NCBI GenBank assembly: GCA_011109175.1
Contig: RDEW01000006.1
Span: forward strand, 185,989-249,988
Length of the DNA: 64,000 bases
Origin: Dicyema japonicum
Lineage: Eukaryota; Animalia; Dicyemida
Reading direction: 5' to 3'
Each line of letters begins with the position of its first letter. Positions within the stretch are counted from its first letter, which is position 1. The notes below the pieces were generated by a model. That model did not search any database and was not told the DNA's origin. It saw only the letters and a program-made list of their open reading frames with translations. Below are positions 39,130 to 55,449 of the stretch, in pieces. A program made the translations under genes and the position numbers.

Positions 39130-41930
39130 GTGATTATGCTCGCATCATGTGGTTAGCCGTTTCTGGTGGAGCAAGTTATGGATTCTACTTCAATCAAAAA
39201 AACCCACTACCCTTTCCAATCCAAGAGATTATCCTTCCTGGACGCCCCCTATTGGTTTGCCTCACCCACACTGTATTGAACCTCTATGTACCTACTCCCG
39301 GTTCGTGCCCCAAATGATACAGCTTCTACCTGCAAGACATCTTCCAACGCAATAACCTATTATTATATGGAGACCTGAACGCGAAACATCTGATGTGGTT
39401 CAAAAACCAACCGGGAGATGCCAGAGGAATCCACTTGCTATCGATGCCGAATAAACTTGTGATATTAAACAATCCCACATTTAACACAAAAACCCCTTAC
39501 AAAGCAACCGACAGAACTTCCTCCCCAGACCTGACGCTTGCTTCCCCAAAAATTGCTGCCCTAATCAATTGGTCAGTGTCATACGACACTACCAGTGACC
39601 ATAACCCCATCATCATCACGTTCAAAAAAAGATTGTCAATTGAAAAAAAACAATGTTACGGGCAGACTAAAAAAAATGTAAACCGGAGTTTGTTCTCACA
39701 CTTCGTCGACTATAACTTGTATGGTTTTGACCCTAACAACTTCAACTCTAGGTAACGCCTTACTCCTCTTCAATAGTGTATGCGCGAAGGATGAGGACCT
39801 TTATCAAAAGAAAGACAATTCACTTCACGAAAAAGCCTATCCGAGCATCCGACTCACTAAGGAAAGAAATTGCCTCAAAAGCCTACAGAAACAATTTTGG
39901 GTAACCAGAGCGAGAATCCGAGCCTTGGAGAGATCAAATACAAGGCTTAGACGAAACATGAAAGAGACTGGAATAACCTTATGAAAACCTTAAACAAACA
40001 GTTCTCCCTCATGAGGATGTGGAATACTCTTCTGGACTTTACCGACTCATTGAGACCGCCTCCTTGCGAAGACTTAGAGAACAAGAACTTTTAAACAAGT
40101 CTACCCCTCCGTAAGCTTCATCCCACATCAGAAAATTGAGAGTCCTCTTACATCTTCAATAGAACCAAAACGCGAGGGAACCTCGAACATCCTTTCAACG
40201 GACGTCGTGCGGAAGGCTATCCAAAACCAGAAATCGTCTTACGCAAGTGGTCCAGATGGAGTTCCCTCTATTGTACTTAAGATAGGCCCCTACACCTTCT
40301 TGTCCTGGACTAGTATTTACAACATCTCCTTCAGTAGGAACTCGATTCCTACTCTATGGAAATTATCCCAAATTCGGCTCTTCTTAAACCTGGACGGCCG
40401 AAGGACTCACCAGCTTCGTACAAACCAATATCTCCTCCAATCTATTCAACATATTCATGAGCGACATACCTTTCTACAGCTGCGATGATACCTTATTCCT
40501 TGCTTACGCCGACGACTTAATCCTGGGAACAAGAGACCAGTGCATCCACACAGCGGGAACCCGCTTACAAGATTCACTGGATAACTTGAACTGTTGGCTT
40601 ACGAAGAACCAACTACATACAAGTCCCGAAAAGTCGTGCTCTGTGATCTTTATTCCAATAGAAGATTGAACAACTCGGCGCCTTCATTGACCCTAAATGG
40701 GATAACAATCACCTCCACAAATTCAACCAAAATACTGGGGGTCACGTATGTCACATAAGCCAAGCGATACTTATGGGCTGCCTGTTACATTAACCTTGAA
40801 CCAAGATTAACTTCAATTAATTTTATAAATGATTTATTTTTTTTGCGAAAGAAATTTTATTATCAAATTAACCACAAAAAATTAAATTTAAGTAACTTTT
40901 TTTAGTAATTTAAGTAATACAGTCGATATTTCTCCTTTCGAATTTTTTATCTATCAAATTAATTATTTCTGCAACTGGATAATACTGAGACTCAAACTTA
41001 TCCAGTCGCAATGAGGGATTTGTTCCAAAGTCCTTTTTAGCTCGAACCTATTTATTAATGTTTTTAATTCATACTTTATCTCCCATGTTGAAAGTATATT
41101 TACTATTATGGACATTCATTTTACTGTTTATAGCTTTGTAACAATTCGAATTTTCTTCAATCGATTTAATTTCGAAATTGAACCTTTTCGCATTCGGACA
41201 CAAATTATCTGACTGGGAATTATCTAGATATAAATTTTAAATCAAACTACGTGAATTTTAAATAGATTCTGGAGTCGAACAATTAACCAAATCGTCAATT
41301 TGTTCTGTTTTTTTCACTGTTATCCAGCATTTTTGACAACTTCCTCGTGATCGTCTGATTAAATCTTTCGACAATTCCTTGTGCTCATGGATTGTTAGGC
41401 CTTCCGTGAATTTGCTTAATGTTAAAATCTTCGCAAAGTTTTGTATTTCTTGATTTTTAAATTCAGTTGATTTAAGATACAGTCTAAAATTATTGCAAAT
41501 TTACAATACCTGTCATTGATAATGGCAAAATTCTCTATCTTCTTTACAAGCCTATATTTTCGGTGCCTCGGAAGATTTTCGGGAAATTTATCATGCAAAG
41601 CATCTTTTAAAGTTTGATATTCAACGCAATCTTTCACAAAACACTTGTAAGAAGCCATTGCAACAAAATAATCTTCCATGCTATAAATCACACTAGAAAT
41701 CTCGGTTTACCGCTATAAAAAATAAAATTTTTATAATCATAACATTTATGAATAAAAAACTAATTTAACAAGATTAAATCACGACATAAATCGGATATAC
41801 AAAATTAAATGTCGGATAATCAAAAGACCTTTTCAAGGTCGAAAAAATGTAACAGGCTGCCCATGCGTTACGCGCCGCCCATGTGACAACGTATGACCCA
41901 CTAATGACCTTCGGCAAACATGTTAGCAAA
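39130..41930 (+). mobile_element. Decayed APE-type LINE (EN + RT), interrupted by Ginger copy 2
   Basis: GDLNAKH, SPDLT, SDHNPI, ASGPDGVP, YADD; LGVTY|DPL is split exactly by the insertion. Confidence 0.85.
40749..41888 (-). mobile_element. Ginger-like transposon copy 2 (internally deleted)
   Basis: Same TIRs as 17791-21646; 5-bp TSD acgta (40744-40748, 41889-41893); lacks most of the integrase core and both nested inserts. Confidence 0.9.
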
Positions 41931-42134
41931 ATAAGTCCTGCTATTTGGTACTAGCATCATATTTTCCTCCTCGCTTAGACCATCACTCAGCTTTTTGTGT
42001 AGGGAGAACTTAATCGCAGCTCTCATTGTTTTCTCTAGGAGCGAAAAAATCTTATTCTTCGGAGATAAGAACCGTCCCTTACACCAATACAGTAACTCCC
42101 TAATTATGTCTTTGAAATTTCTATGAAGTAATGG

Positions 42135-42990
42135 AATCAATATACATTTTTTTTCTTTTAGAATTGCCTTGCCTCAATAACGACACATTGTCAATCAATA
42201 ACGACAATATCAATCAACAACGACAGAAAAAATTAATTTATATATATTTAATCCTTTTAAATACCCAATTATTAATATATAATACAAACAATTCTAGTTC
42301 AACACATATGGTGGAACAACATAAAATTTTAAACAAAAAATTTTTTATTTACATTCATTTATTTATTTTCTTCTCTTTTGAACAATGTTGAGAGTTTTTG
42401 ACTGCGTAGTGAAATCCATCTAGAAACGACTGATGATGCTTGTACTTACGGATATCTCCATCTTTTCGCACAGTTTTATTTTCAACGCCCGCCAAGGTTA
42501 TTGTTGCATTCTTCATCAACCACTGCCTTATTAAATTTTTCTGATCAGCAGTCAAGATTGTTCTATGATCCCCGGCACGCTTGCCACATTTGGTCTTTCC
42601 ATCCTTCAGATGTGAGGAAACAATTGTACATACAGTTGCACGAGGAAGTCCCAAAATTCGGAAGATCTCAGTATTGCCAAGATTATTCTTAGAGTGATCA
42701 ATAACGATCTCTATGACTTCATTTGAGATTTTACGCCTTTCTTTCATTTTCCTGGTGTGTCATTAGGGCTGAAATATTATTTTAATCAAATACTGAAAAA
42801 ATTATGGATATTTACTAAATTTATTTCTATACTGCTCCAGTATCGTGTTAAAAAATTATTGATATGAATGGGAAAGTAAAAAATATAATTTAAATTAAAA
42901 TAATTTTATTGTCGTTATTGATTGACAAAGTGTCGTTAATGATTCACTATTGTCGTTATTTATCGGAAAAAAAATATATCAAATGGTTAT
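42135..42990 (-). mobile_element. Tc1/IS630-like element, truncated transposase
   Basis: HTH-type N-terminus (EIFRILGLPRATVCTIV..GDHRTILT..IRQWLMKNATITL); inverted subterminal arrays of AATAACGACA at about 42170-42230 and 42905-42965. Confidence 0.7.
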
Positions 42991-43049
42991 TTTTATTCAA
43001 ATAATTACATATTTTTTCATATTTTAATTTTAAAAATTTTAATCGCTAG

Positions 43050-43500
43050 CTAGGAACAGGGGAGCATGGAAAAATGACATTTAACCTTGTTTCTTTTGCT
43101 GCACATGCGGAGTACAATTAGTATGGCTCTCGTGAAGTGCTTAAATAATAGGTTCCTTTTCAGGACTTGTGTATAATAGGTTCCTCATAAACCAACTTGT
43201 AAAGTGATCTAATAAATCTTGTAGGCAACAGCTGTGTGAACATACTGATCTCTTGATGCGATGATTATATCGTAGCATATGTAAGAACTAATATATCGTC
43301 GCTGCTAGGGGTGGTCATATCGTTCAAGTGTAGCTAGTTTTAAACGATTGTAGAGATATAAGTTTTTTCAATTGCGTGGTCCGGTGGAGGAGGCCAAGAG
43401 CCCGATTCGTCTTTTAGGCGGAATTTTCCAGAACGTAATTATGGTAGCGTTTTCCCTGTTATTTTGTCTAGAGTAGTCCCTGAATCATCCACCAGAAGGA
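43050..43500 (-). mobile_element. LINE RT remnant
   Basis: DILVLTYAxDIIIASRDQYV, homologous to the YADD region of the other APE LINEs. Confidence 0.5.
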
Positions 43501-45386
43501 AGGAACATCGAGTTGATCGTTCCAAACCAGTCTTCTGATTGCTTTGGTGGAGATGTGTATGTATCACCTTTTGATTTTGTTTTATCGGAAAGTAGCTGAG
43601 GAATCTTAAGGTAAGGGCAAAAAATTTTTTATGGTTTGATGGATTGTTTGTTTTGTTTCAAATCGAGAAAATCAAGTTTGATTCTAAGTGATCTTGTTTT
43701 CGTTGACTGGTTGAAGATATAGCTGTATCGAAAATCGATAATCTCAATAGAGATATTATCGATTTTTAAGATTTTCGAAAAAAAGTATTCTTCATGTTTA
43801 TGATGGCGGAATATAAGTCAGTTGATTTGAAAAGTATTTTTCATTTTAAAATTGACCCTTCTTTTGCGACTTATGTGATGGTCCATGTCTTTTGAATATC
43901 TTGGGATGTAATAAAACCTAATTTGACTGGATAGTGTCAGAAAAAAAAGATTTCAATTTATGAAGGCTTTTTTATTTTCTGAGTAGAGCGTTGAGTAGTT
44001 TTTAAATTTAGGGATTAGAGATACAGTAGATTGTCTAGAGCAGACATGTATTCTTTAGATTCCCAAACACTAAAGTGGGATAATGTATCTCCCGTTTTCT
44101 TCAATCATTCGGCAATATTGCAATTACCGATATTGCCAATCTTTTCATAAGCACTAACTAAATTCCCAGCAAATTTAAAAATTTCATTTTACTGTATCCT
44201 GTGGGAAACTAGGTACACAGATGAGAAGACGGACTTTTCCGGAATCTTGAGACCTGGTTGGTACCAGATCAACTCTCAGCTTCTTTCATTGTTTTCTCAT
44301 CATGTCAAAATGAGTTCAAACTGAATTACAAAAAAACGTCATTTTTGGCCCTTTGTTGACGGTCGCAAGAATGCTAGGTTTTCATATACACCAGCTCCTT
44401 AAACCGATCGATTACGCATGTGCATCTGGCTTTCACCCTTTCGTCTTTTAATGAAATGACCTCAACTCCTAAAATTAGAAATGATCCGTACACTACACTC
44501 TGGACATCTCTTCTTTCCTTTACTGAATTTATCAGCAATTAAAAAGCGGAGTCAGTTTCTCCGACTATTCAGCAAGCGCTCAGACTAATTTTATTGTCGG
44601 CGTTGAAAGCTGCAAAACGTGCAAATTTTGCAAAAGGTCCCACCTTTGGAAACTCGAGGTTACCGTCAGTGGTACAAAATTGGAGGAACACATGAGATAC
44701 ATTGGTTTCATCTTAAAGAATATCAGAATCTGGTATATTTCTTTTAAATCTCTCAATATTTCTGAATTAATTTTAAGGATCGACCATGACTGTGTCACAA
44801 GAAAATGAATTCGTATCTAAAAAATATTTAAAAATTATAACCCAATTGAATTAATCAATTTCTAAATCAGGAAAATAGGCATCAATTTTGTTTCCAAAAT
44901 CTGACACGGGTATCTTGTATTTTTTTGTAGAATCCAGCCAATAAATGAGGTTAGCGTCACCAGATAAATTTATTTGAAAAGACTGCATGTTGAGATCATG
45001 ACCAGATAATTATGAGATCCCGGCGCATTCCACAAGAACCCTCACCATGGGTCAATGTTCCTCCATTGAGTCATGCAAGTCCACGATGAATAACTGTCAT
45101 TGTATTCTCCCAGTTATCCGTCGCACCAAATAGGAATCAATAGTATCTCACATCCAATGGGATATCCTCACAATTACCAGATTTTATTATTTCCCTAAAA
45201 TCCTCTAAAATCAATTATTAAAAATATGACTCCCCAATATCTTAATTGTAGAGCAAAAAGGGGGAACAAAGTAATCAAATACCCTGAAGAGGAACCAAGT
45301 CCTATAATAGCATAAATTAGCATCAAAGTCAATAATTATGTTTCCTGATATCGTGACTAATTTGTATTTATTGAACGAATCCGCTA

Positions 45387-47555
<2,169 letters not shown>

Positions 47556-48219
47556 CCCCGGATACACCGAGAAAAAAGTTAAAATAAACAACTAATTAAG
47601 TGTATCCAGTTTCCACTTCTACAGAAACAGAGTCCATCCGGAATTAGCATAAAAGGTAAGACGTCCATTACATGCAGTTGTGGAAACCCCTCCAGTGGAG
47701 TGGGGAAGAGAAAATGATCCTTTTTCGTGCCGGCCTGGCACTGGGCGTCACCTAGACAGTGGACCACTCTAATAGGAAGAGAGAAGAGGAACAGAATACT
47801 ATTATAAGATAAAGGACTTCCTTGACATATCCAACTCAAAATACGAACAAAATTAGATGTTTTAATTTATTTTATTAAAATTTTATATTTAAATATTTTA
47901 ATGTCTTTTAATATATACCTTCAAATGTCCGGTTTCACAGCCCTTTTCCTTTATGGGTTATGGCTGGAATTATTTGGGAGAGATTCCAAATGTTTGGGGA
48001 AACACTTGTCAAGTATCAGAGAAATGTATCATACATCTCAGATACGAAGCAGGAAGACATCGCACAGATTCCTTCCAGACAGTGTAACTACGCGGCCCTG
48101 ACTAGTGCAGCCAAAAATCGAAGGCTTACTATGCCAAACTACAAAGTAATCGGCTAAAACAGAGACTTTCCAATATCAAGGAGATGAAATTTGCCAGTCA
48201 TACTTAACATTTTTATGAT

Positions 48220-49000
48220 TTGATCGACATTTGTATTCGTTCGTATGTAATCGTGATTTTTAAGGTCTTCCTTATCTTTTCTGTCGAGAGTGCATTCCGA
48301 GACATCCATTATCGGGGGAGTGCTATCTCTCAGCTCGTTTCAATTCAACCTTCGAATTTTTTGTTGATATGTGGTCATGCATCATTTTTATTTTTGATTT
48401 ATTGTGAGGAAGCTGGGGGATTTCCGCCGTATAATAGGAACGATTTTTCTGATATTTTTTGAATGAATAAAATAGTAGCAAGGGTGGCCTGGATCTGTGA
48501 TTTCATTCAACATTGTAGGTTCCTCATGCATAGATGGTCCTCCATTTGGGAAACGATGGATTCGCCACGGAGATGGTCAGACGGGGTGTGCATGTTGAAT
48601 CCGATATTTGTTTGCGTAACTCCATTTTGAACCGAAGTTTTTGGAGGTTGCTAGATGCAATGGAGGTTATCCAGGAGGGGATTGCAAGGTCAAGGTTGTC
48701 ATGATCAATTATTTATGTGAGTTTCCTTATCTTAGCCAAAAATAGCTTTAGCCACCGCACGGAAAGCGTTTAATTTCCTTTTTTGGCATTGCGACCACGT
48801 GGTCCACATAGGATGAAAATGTCAGGAAATGGTCGTAAATGACCCCGAGTCACAGTCACATAAGGTCTTTGTTGGACTTTAAGATCGGATTATTATCGAT
48901 TGCCTTTAAAGTATAAGTACAAATCCCAATTTTAAGGACTCCTGGAAGATGCCCGTGAAATTCTGCAATCCAAATGCCACACGATTTATTTTCTGTCTGC
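48220..49000 (-). mobile_element. APE-type LINE post-RT remnant
   Basis: GVIYDHFLTFSSYVDHV motif and decayed downstream similarity. Confidence 0.5.
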
Positions 49001-49449
49001 GGTGATCATGCATTTGTTGGAGTGCTTAAATCGATCTGAAATCATTCACTGTTTGATTTCGTGTTGGTATTTGGTCCACATTCACATTTGTAATTGATGA
49101 AAGTCTATTTAGCTGATTTTATGAAATTATTGATCCTCAACAGTTCATGTTTTTGGTCAGAAGGAAAGGTCATAGAAAACCCACCAGGACATCCGGAGAG
49201 GAATATTAGGGAGCAAAGTGACAGTTGGGTAATACATTTGAGTCATCAGACCGTAAATGGAATACTTTCATTGGAAGACGTATTAGTCGAATAGAATACT
49301 CTCAGTAGATATATCCCCGAATTTATAAAAAATATTATCAATCATTCACCAAATTGTAAATCCAGGTAGCAGTGACTTGAGGATTGCCTAATGATATACG
49401 TCCCATGTATGCTCATATTATATAAATTGGTTACATAATGTGTCTACTC

Positions 49450-49790
49450 AAAACTTACTGATTATTTGGAAGTGTTTGACATTATTTCTGACAATCAATT
49501 GGAGGAGAAGAGGAGTGTTAAAGGGGGACGGAGAGAGCTTTGATAAACCAGTGCATAAACAATGATTATGGAAACAAACTATTCGCTTCTTGGATTGATG
49601 TAGTGAAGGCGTACGACTCTGTAGACAATGGCGTTGTTCTCTCATGTTTTTGACTCTTCAAGCCTCCCAAAAGATTGGAAAATTTGTGAAGAGCCTGATA
49701 ACCCAATAAAAAGTTATTTTAAATTTCAACAGGGAAAGGATTAAAATGATTAAATTGAACCGTTGTATTTTGAAAGGAGATTCGTTGTCT
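49450..49790 (+). mobile_element. R4/Dong-like RT remnant
   Basis: WIDVVKAYDSVD and ILKGDSLS. Confidence 0.55.
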
Positions 49791-49989
49791 GGATCCTATA
49801 AGCCAGGCATGTCAAACGCATAAAGCTCCAGAGGCCGCATAAGATAATTTGAATATACAAGCGGGAAAACTAACAAATTTGAAAACAGCGTAATCTTATT
49901 GAAGTGTAATTATTATTATAGGCACGTACGCGAAGCCAAGATCATGACGAAGCATTGCAACACGAAAAGTTAACAATCTAATTAACATC

Positions 49990-50730
49990 GCCCATCCTTT
50001 TCGATTTGTTGCCATGTTCCGTAGCATATCTAGATCATACCCATCTTAAGGCACTTTCAATCCTCCTGAGATCTTCATCTAGAATAACCGGCAGTGTTGT
50101 CCTCGGAAAAGCTTCTAAGACAAAATACTCCTCCATTGCTATTTGGCAGGGGTCCCCATATCGTGGCGGATTATGTGTCCAAAGAGCCTCCATCTTGAAT
50201 CAGTAATATCACATGATATTGGCTTAGTTCCAGTTCTCTTATATAAGATTTTGGACGGCATTTTGAGAAAACTTCGGGAAGAAAAGAGTGCTCGGTGATG
50301 ATTTCTGTGAAACGAATTCAACTTTTAGAGTTCCTGCCCTGTACATACCCATGTACCGGCATTATGTAATAGGTTTGGCCTCACTAGGGCATTGTATAGT
50401 CTCATTCGAGTTTTATGGTCAAGCCCATTGTGCAGAAGTCAGGTCTTCTTTGTTATTCGAAATTAAGTCCACGTCATCTGCATATGCTCGTTCCTTCTCC
50501 GATATGAGGCTTCAAGTCTCGTAGAGTTGCCTCCAGATAAATAATAATCAAAATTGGGGATAATGGATCTCCTTGAGGGGCACCAATTGTCGTTTCAAAT
50601 GTCCTCGATAAAGCTTTCTCAGTCTTGACCATCCTAATCGTTGAGCCCTCCAAGAAGTGCTCAAGTATTTGCAGCAGCTTGTCCCTGTTGACGGAATCAA
50701 AGGCCTTTGACATATCAATCCCCAGAATGG
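49990..50730 (-). mobile_element. RTE remnant (family of 30001-33020)
   Basis: DMSKAFDSVNRDKL, GAPQGDPLSP, YADDVD, RWRLFGHIIR. Confidence 0.8.
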
Positions 50731-51239
50731 TTGTCGTTATTCAAAAATAAATTATTTATGCAATGGTGAGTTACACTAACTGCAATAGAGAGGGAACCCT
50801 TAGCCAATGTTGAGAATGATCCTGTAGTTTCTCTAATTTCTTCAATAAGAAAGTACAGTATTTTTGAAGGAAAGAAAAAACAATTATGAATTACATTTTA
50901 TTTTAATAATCTTAAATACTTTTTTTTGTTCATTTAAGGTAATTTAAGAATTCTTTGTTCATTGTTCTTCAAAATTATTGACTTTTTTAATTGGCCACAA
51001 AATTCTAAGGAACCAAAAATGGCGTGTATTATTATTAACGAGCGTGCACTGTTTTTGTAAAACTATTGGAATTATTAATGTGGAGTCATTTGAATGTGCA
51101 CTAATCGATACAGCCATCCGTGGTTTATTGAGTGTACATCTGAAACCTACATGGAAACAGAGATCATATTTACCGCGCAACTATCTTGGAAAGGGTTGCG
51201 TTTAATCACTTCTTTGAGCGGATGTCGTTCGGTTACTCG

Positions 51240-51900
51240 TACAATCTGAAGCTCAGTAGTACTGTCTGCACAAGTTGGGCAATTCTTCAGGCCAAACTAT
51301 AGAGAAAGCACTTATCGAAGATTTTTCGCGGCATAGATAATCTGTGTGATACTTCGGCCTTATTCTGCACTACAGAAAGGAAACTTGATGAATCAGATTG
51401 ACGAAGAATTTGCATTCCTTGATATACAAGAATTTATCGAAAGATTGTGTTTGCACAAATAGTTGTTCTCATTGGCTTTTGAGAGGAAATAGTAAGGTTG
51501 GAGGCTCTGTTTTGTTTGATTCAGGACCACTGTTTTTTGGAGGAACAAAAGATTTGCAATATTTGTGGGAAGTGGAAGAAAACTGTTATCACTGTGCCAT
51601 ATGCGAACAATGATGCATTAAGGTCATGTGAGAAGGCATAATGAAGTAGTACAGACCGTCCACTTTCACTTTTGTTCAACATTTGGTCTGAAGAAGAGAG
51701 GAAATTGAAGACTCATCCAGTCCGTTGCTAAGGGCTACACCTTTATAAAAACAGACATAGTCATTGAGAATAAACCAGTCTGTTGTCTGATGTTAAGCTT
51801 AATGAAAAAATAAGGATATTTATTCTCGATTGGACAGAGACTTCAAGAGGATTTGCTTGTTTGGAAACAGTGTATGAGGACAATAATCAAATTGATCCAT
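51240..51900 (+). mobile_element. R4/Dong-like C-terminal (CCHC/RLE) remnant
   Basis: HVRRHNEVVQTVHFHFCSTFGL and TDIVIENKP. Confidence 0.5.
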
Positions 51901-51996
51901 AATTGCCAGAAATAAATAAATACTTTAAAATAGTTAATCGACTTAATTTTTTAATTAATTAAAAATTAAATTAATAAATAATTTTAGTCCGTGTTA

Positions 51997-52288
51997 ATGA
52001 AATTTGTTGTTGAATTTGCTGGTGGTGTTGAGTTGTTTTGATGGCAAACAAAAGCATGAATTAGAGATAACAGAAAATGGTAAAAAAGTGACAATTGGTT
52101 ATATAGTTGATTGGTTATTAAATAACCTTCTCACTGGAGATCCCAAGTTCTTTTACCACGATGGGTCAATTCGGCCAGGAATAATAGTAATGGTTAATGA
52201 GGTCGACTGGGAGTTGTGTGGTTATATGGAGTGCCAGATTGAGGAGGGAGACCATATTATATTCATTTCTACTCTTCATGGGGGATAA
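51997..52288 (+). CDS. URM1: Ubiquitin-related modifier 1, intronless, with one apparent T-run indel
   Basis: MKFVVEFAGGVELF/DGKQKH...IRPGIIVMVNEVDWEL...FISTLHGG*. True ATG at 51997; frame shifts at ttgttttga (about 52035). Confidence 0.92.
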
Positions 52289-52499
52289 TTTACTTAATTA
52301 TATCTTTTTATAATCTAATTTCAGAGTTACTTTTAAATAATTTAATTTACGATCATTATGTAGGAGTCCTATTTCTTGACACATACTTGGACGTCTAGTA
52401 TGATCTACCAAATGAACATGGCCGACCATTATTACCACCAACTAATGAAACTGATAACTCTAAAACTTTGCTAACTATAAACGAGGTAAATGAGCTTCT

Positions 52500-52920
52500 T
52501 GATTTCACGTGATATATGGTAGCCCGGTCATTCATCTCTCCACCTCCCATGCCATCGTCCTCATTAACAAAAAATTCAGTGACCACACCAAATTAGGCCC
52601 TGATGGTCTTTCCATATACCACCTTAAAAATATTGGTCCTAACTATTTTTATGCCTTAATCAATCTGATCGAATACTCCATTAACCGTAGGTCGGTCCCA
52701 ATACTTTGGAAAACCAGTCATCCTTATCTCCAAGTTAAACACCACACTTTCCATGCCTTATCCTCTGTTTGTTTCCATCCTGTCAATTTTTTTAGAAAAT
52801 TGTAGAACGAGTTGAATTTCATAAAACCACACCTACCGTTTAGTGAATTCTGACCCGAGTTCCGTTCTTCCCATCCAACATAACCCAATTCATCACTGAG
52901 GGTTTTAACAGTCAACCTTT
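52500..52920 (+). mobile_element. APE-type LINE RT N-terminal remnant
   Basis: GPDGLSIYHLKNIG..VPILWKTS. Confidence 0.6.
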
Positions 52921-53099
52921 AGAACAAACAGTGTCTAAAATGCTATCAAAAAAACGTTAACCTTGTTACTTTCTTACAGGCCGATTTGGCTTGACACTCT
53001 TGTGGTGATATTGTAGTAGCTTCATGCAACCAACAGCCAAATTGTCTCAGGTCAACGCAGAACAAACTCTCATCCAAAATAATACTCATTTCCACGTCT

Positions 53100-54200
53100 T
53101 TAAATATCCACAAATACTCGTTTGATAGTCGATACTTTGAAAACACGTCTCAAACGTAAAAATCAAAAAAAGGCAACTTGATCCTAACTGTGGTGGATAC
53201 ATCTTTTGGCCAGAGCAGTATGAGTGCCTTTTTCAAGAAATAATTTGATATCACACGGATCCTGTTTAATTTTGATTGAATCTATAAATTTTAATGCATC
53301 CATAATGTTATCTCGGCATTGTCTCATTTCCAGAAAATTGGATGGTAGGCAAAAATCAAATCTGTCAATTTTTGGTTAAATTGTATTAAGCTTGTGCGTT
53401 TTCAACATTTTTCCATCATCTGAAAGAGTTTATGCAATAAGTACATATTGCTGACGATGACCTGTTCTGCCTTGGCTATTCTTCGCGTTCCAGTGATTAT
53501 CGCTCATCAAGTCGTATGACTCAATATAATCTGATAATTTTTTGTTAACACACTTTTTCGATGGTTTATACAGATTAGCATACAAGTAAACGCCTTAACT
53601 TTTTGGGTGACACACATACATCCACTTTTGGAATAAGATTCGTAATCCCAGTATAGAACCAATCAAAGGCGTATATTCATCGTTCATAATCTTTTTAATC
53701 TCCTCACAAAGATATCCATGAACCGAAGTTAAGTTCTTGATAAAAAAAGTTATAGACTCCATCACAACCAGATGCCTGCCAATTTAGAACCATCTTGATA
53801 GTCTCGGTGATTTCCTCCTCAGTTAATTTAGCAAAAGAGATCTTTGATCCAGTCACTCTTTTGATAATAAAGAAATTGCTCTTCTTTCGCTCTTCCTTAT
53901 TCCAAATACTACTCCAAAATGGAAGACATTCCACCTCATTGAAATTGATGACCTCCTTCTTATTATCTCCATTTATATTTCTATAAAATCGCCTTCTATT
54001 CAAAGCATCAGTTGGCACTTCTATACCTCTTTCTCGATTCGAAACTCGCAACTTCTCAACAATCTTTATTTGAAGTATTGCGTAAAGTTCATGATTGTCA
54101 AAATCTTGGAGAAGCTTCTGTAAACACAAAAGAAATTCTTCCTAATAATCAGTTCCAGCATGAATTTAAAAACGGTCTATCAATCACGAGTCATCTCATA
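53100..54200 (-). mobile_element. R4/Dong-like RT N-terminal remnant
   Basis: RRRFYRNI..PFWSSIW..NWQASGCDGVYNF. Confidence 0.65.
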
Positions 54201-54535
54201 TCTGGGTGATTTCATTTGCTTTGGCTTCCCCCAAATTCCAGACATCAGAAGACCGTGTCATGTTCCATTGAAATTGCAAAGCTCTCTGCTCTGTTCCTAG
54301 AAGAATCTTTTTGAAAAATTTTTCGGACGGACATTCCTGGGAATTTAAAACTCTGACTGGCTAACTTTTTTGTAACGGGAGAGGACGAGTCTGCCTTGGG
54401 GCTTTCGATCAGTCTCCCGGGTATTTTCTAATGTAGCCCATAGTTCACTACTATTCCCACTACTTGCGAGTTAAAGGTTGAACTAATTTTTCCTGAGGTG
54501 TTGCTTTGGATTAGGGCATAGAGTATTGCGTATTT

Positions 54536-55319
54536 CAGGGGTGCCCAACCGGTCGATCGCGGCGGGTTTATTAGTCGATCGCAATCGATTAATTTTTTAA
54601 ACGATGCGATTGATATTGCGAAACTTTGTGTATTTTCCCGTTTAATTTTCAATGATTTAACTGTCAAGGAAGAATTATTTGCTATTATGACAGTTCAAAA
54701 GTTTTTGTATAATTCTTTTAACGAGTTTTTGTTATTATTCGTTTTGTTGCCGTTAATGAAAAAAACTTGTACCCATAACAAAAGATAGTGCGCCTGAAAT
54801 GATTGGAAATCAAAATGGATTTTTTGAATTTTGTCCAAAAGACGTTCATCTCCCGAATTTTTTCGCATATCATTGCATCATTCAATTTTCAAAAGAAAAC
54901 AATAAAGATTAATCCATAAAAATCTCCCATTTTGATTGATGCGTATCAACGAATTATTTCGTGCTTCGGAAGCACGTATTTATCCGAAACATCATTTTCA
55001 AACATGAAGATGAAAAAATCTCAATGCAGGACCCGTTTAACAGATGACCACCTTGGGGATTGCATAGCAATATGATCATATGAGCCAGAATTCGAAATAA
55101 TTGCAGGAGAATTAAAATTCAAAAGATCGCTTTAAAATGTTTTTATGAAATAAAAATTCTCTCCCTTTTTTACGTTTTTATTTCTTGTTCTCTTGTTTTG
55201 ATAAACAATATTTAATATTAAAAAATTGTTATTAAAATACAAAAAAGTGTATATAATTCGATCGCCAGAAAATCGCTATATAAAAGTAGCTCGCGATCGA
55301 AAAAGGTTGGCCACTCCTG
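54536..55319 (+). mobile_element. Non-autonomous hAT (SPIN/Buster-like), 784 bp
   Basis: TIR CAGGGGTGCCCAACC / GGTTGGCCACTCCTG (13/15); perfect 8-bp TSD gcgtattt; C-terminal FGSTYLSETSFSNMK..RTRLTDDHL. Confidence 0.9.
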
Positions 55320-55449
55320 GCGTATTTCTTCGTCAAACTGATTTTTCCCGTTCATTTCACGAGCCGTTTGAATTTGCTCAAGCTGTTGTTAAGTTTAGTA
55401 AGTTTGCTTTTCATTGATTTTCCCAATTACTTTTAGTGTTTTTCTTATT

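Noticed and set aside
43500-45360. Possible coding remnants
   Set aside because: No frame gave a motif I could assign.
47579-48157. Short ORFs on both strands around an AT-rich block
   Set aside because: No recognisable product or consistent intron chain.
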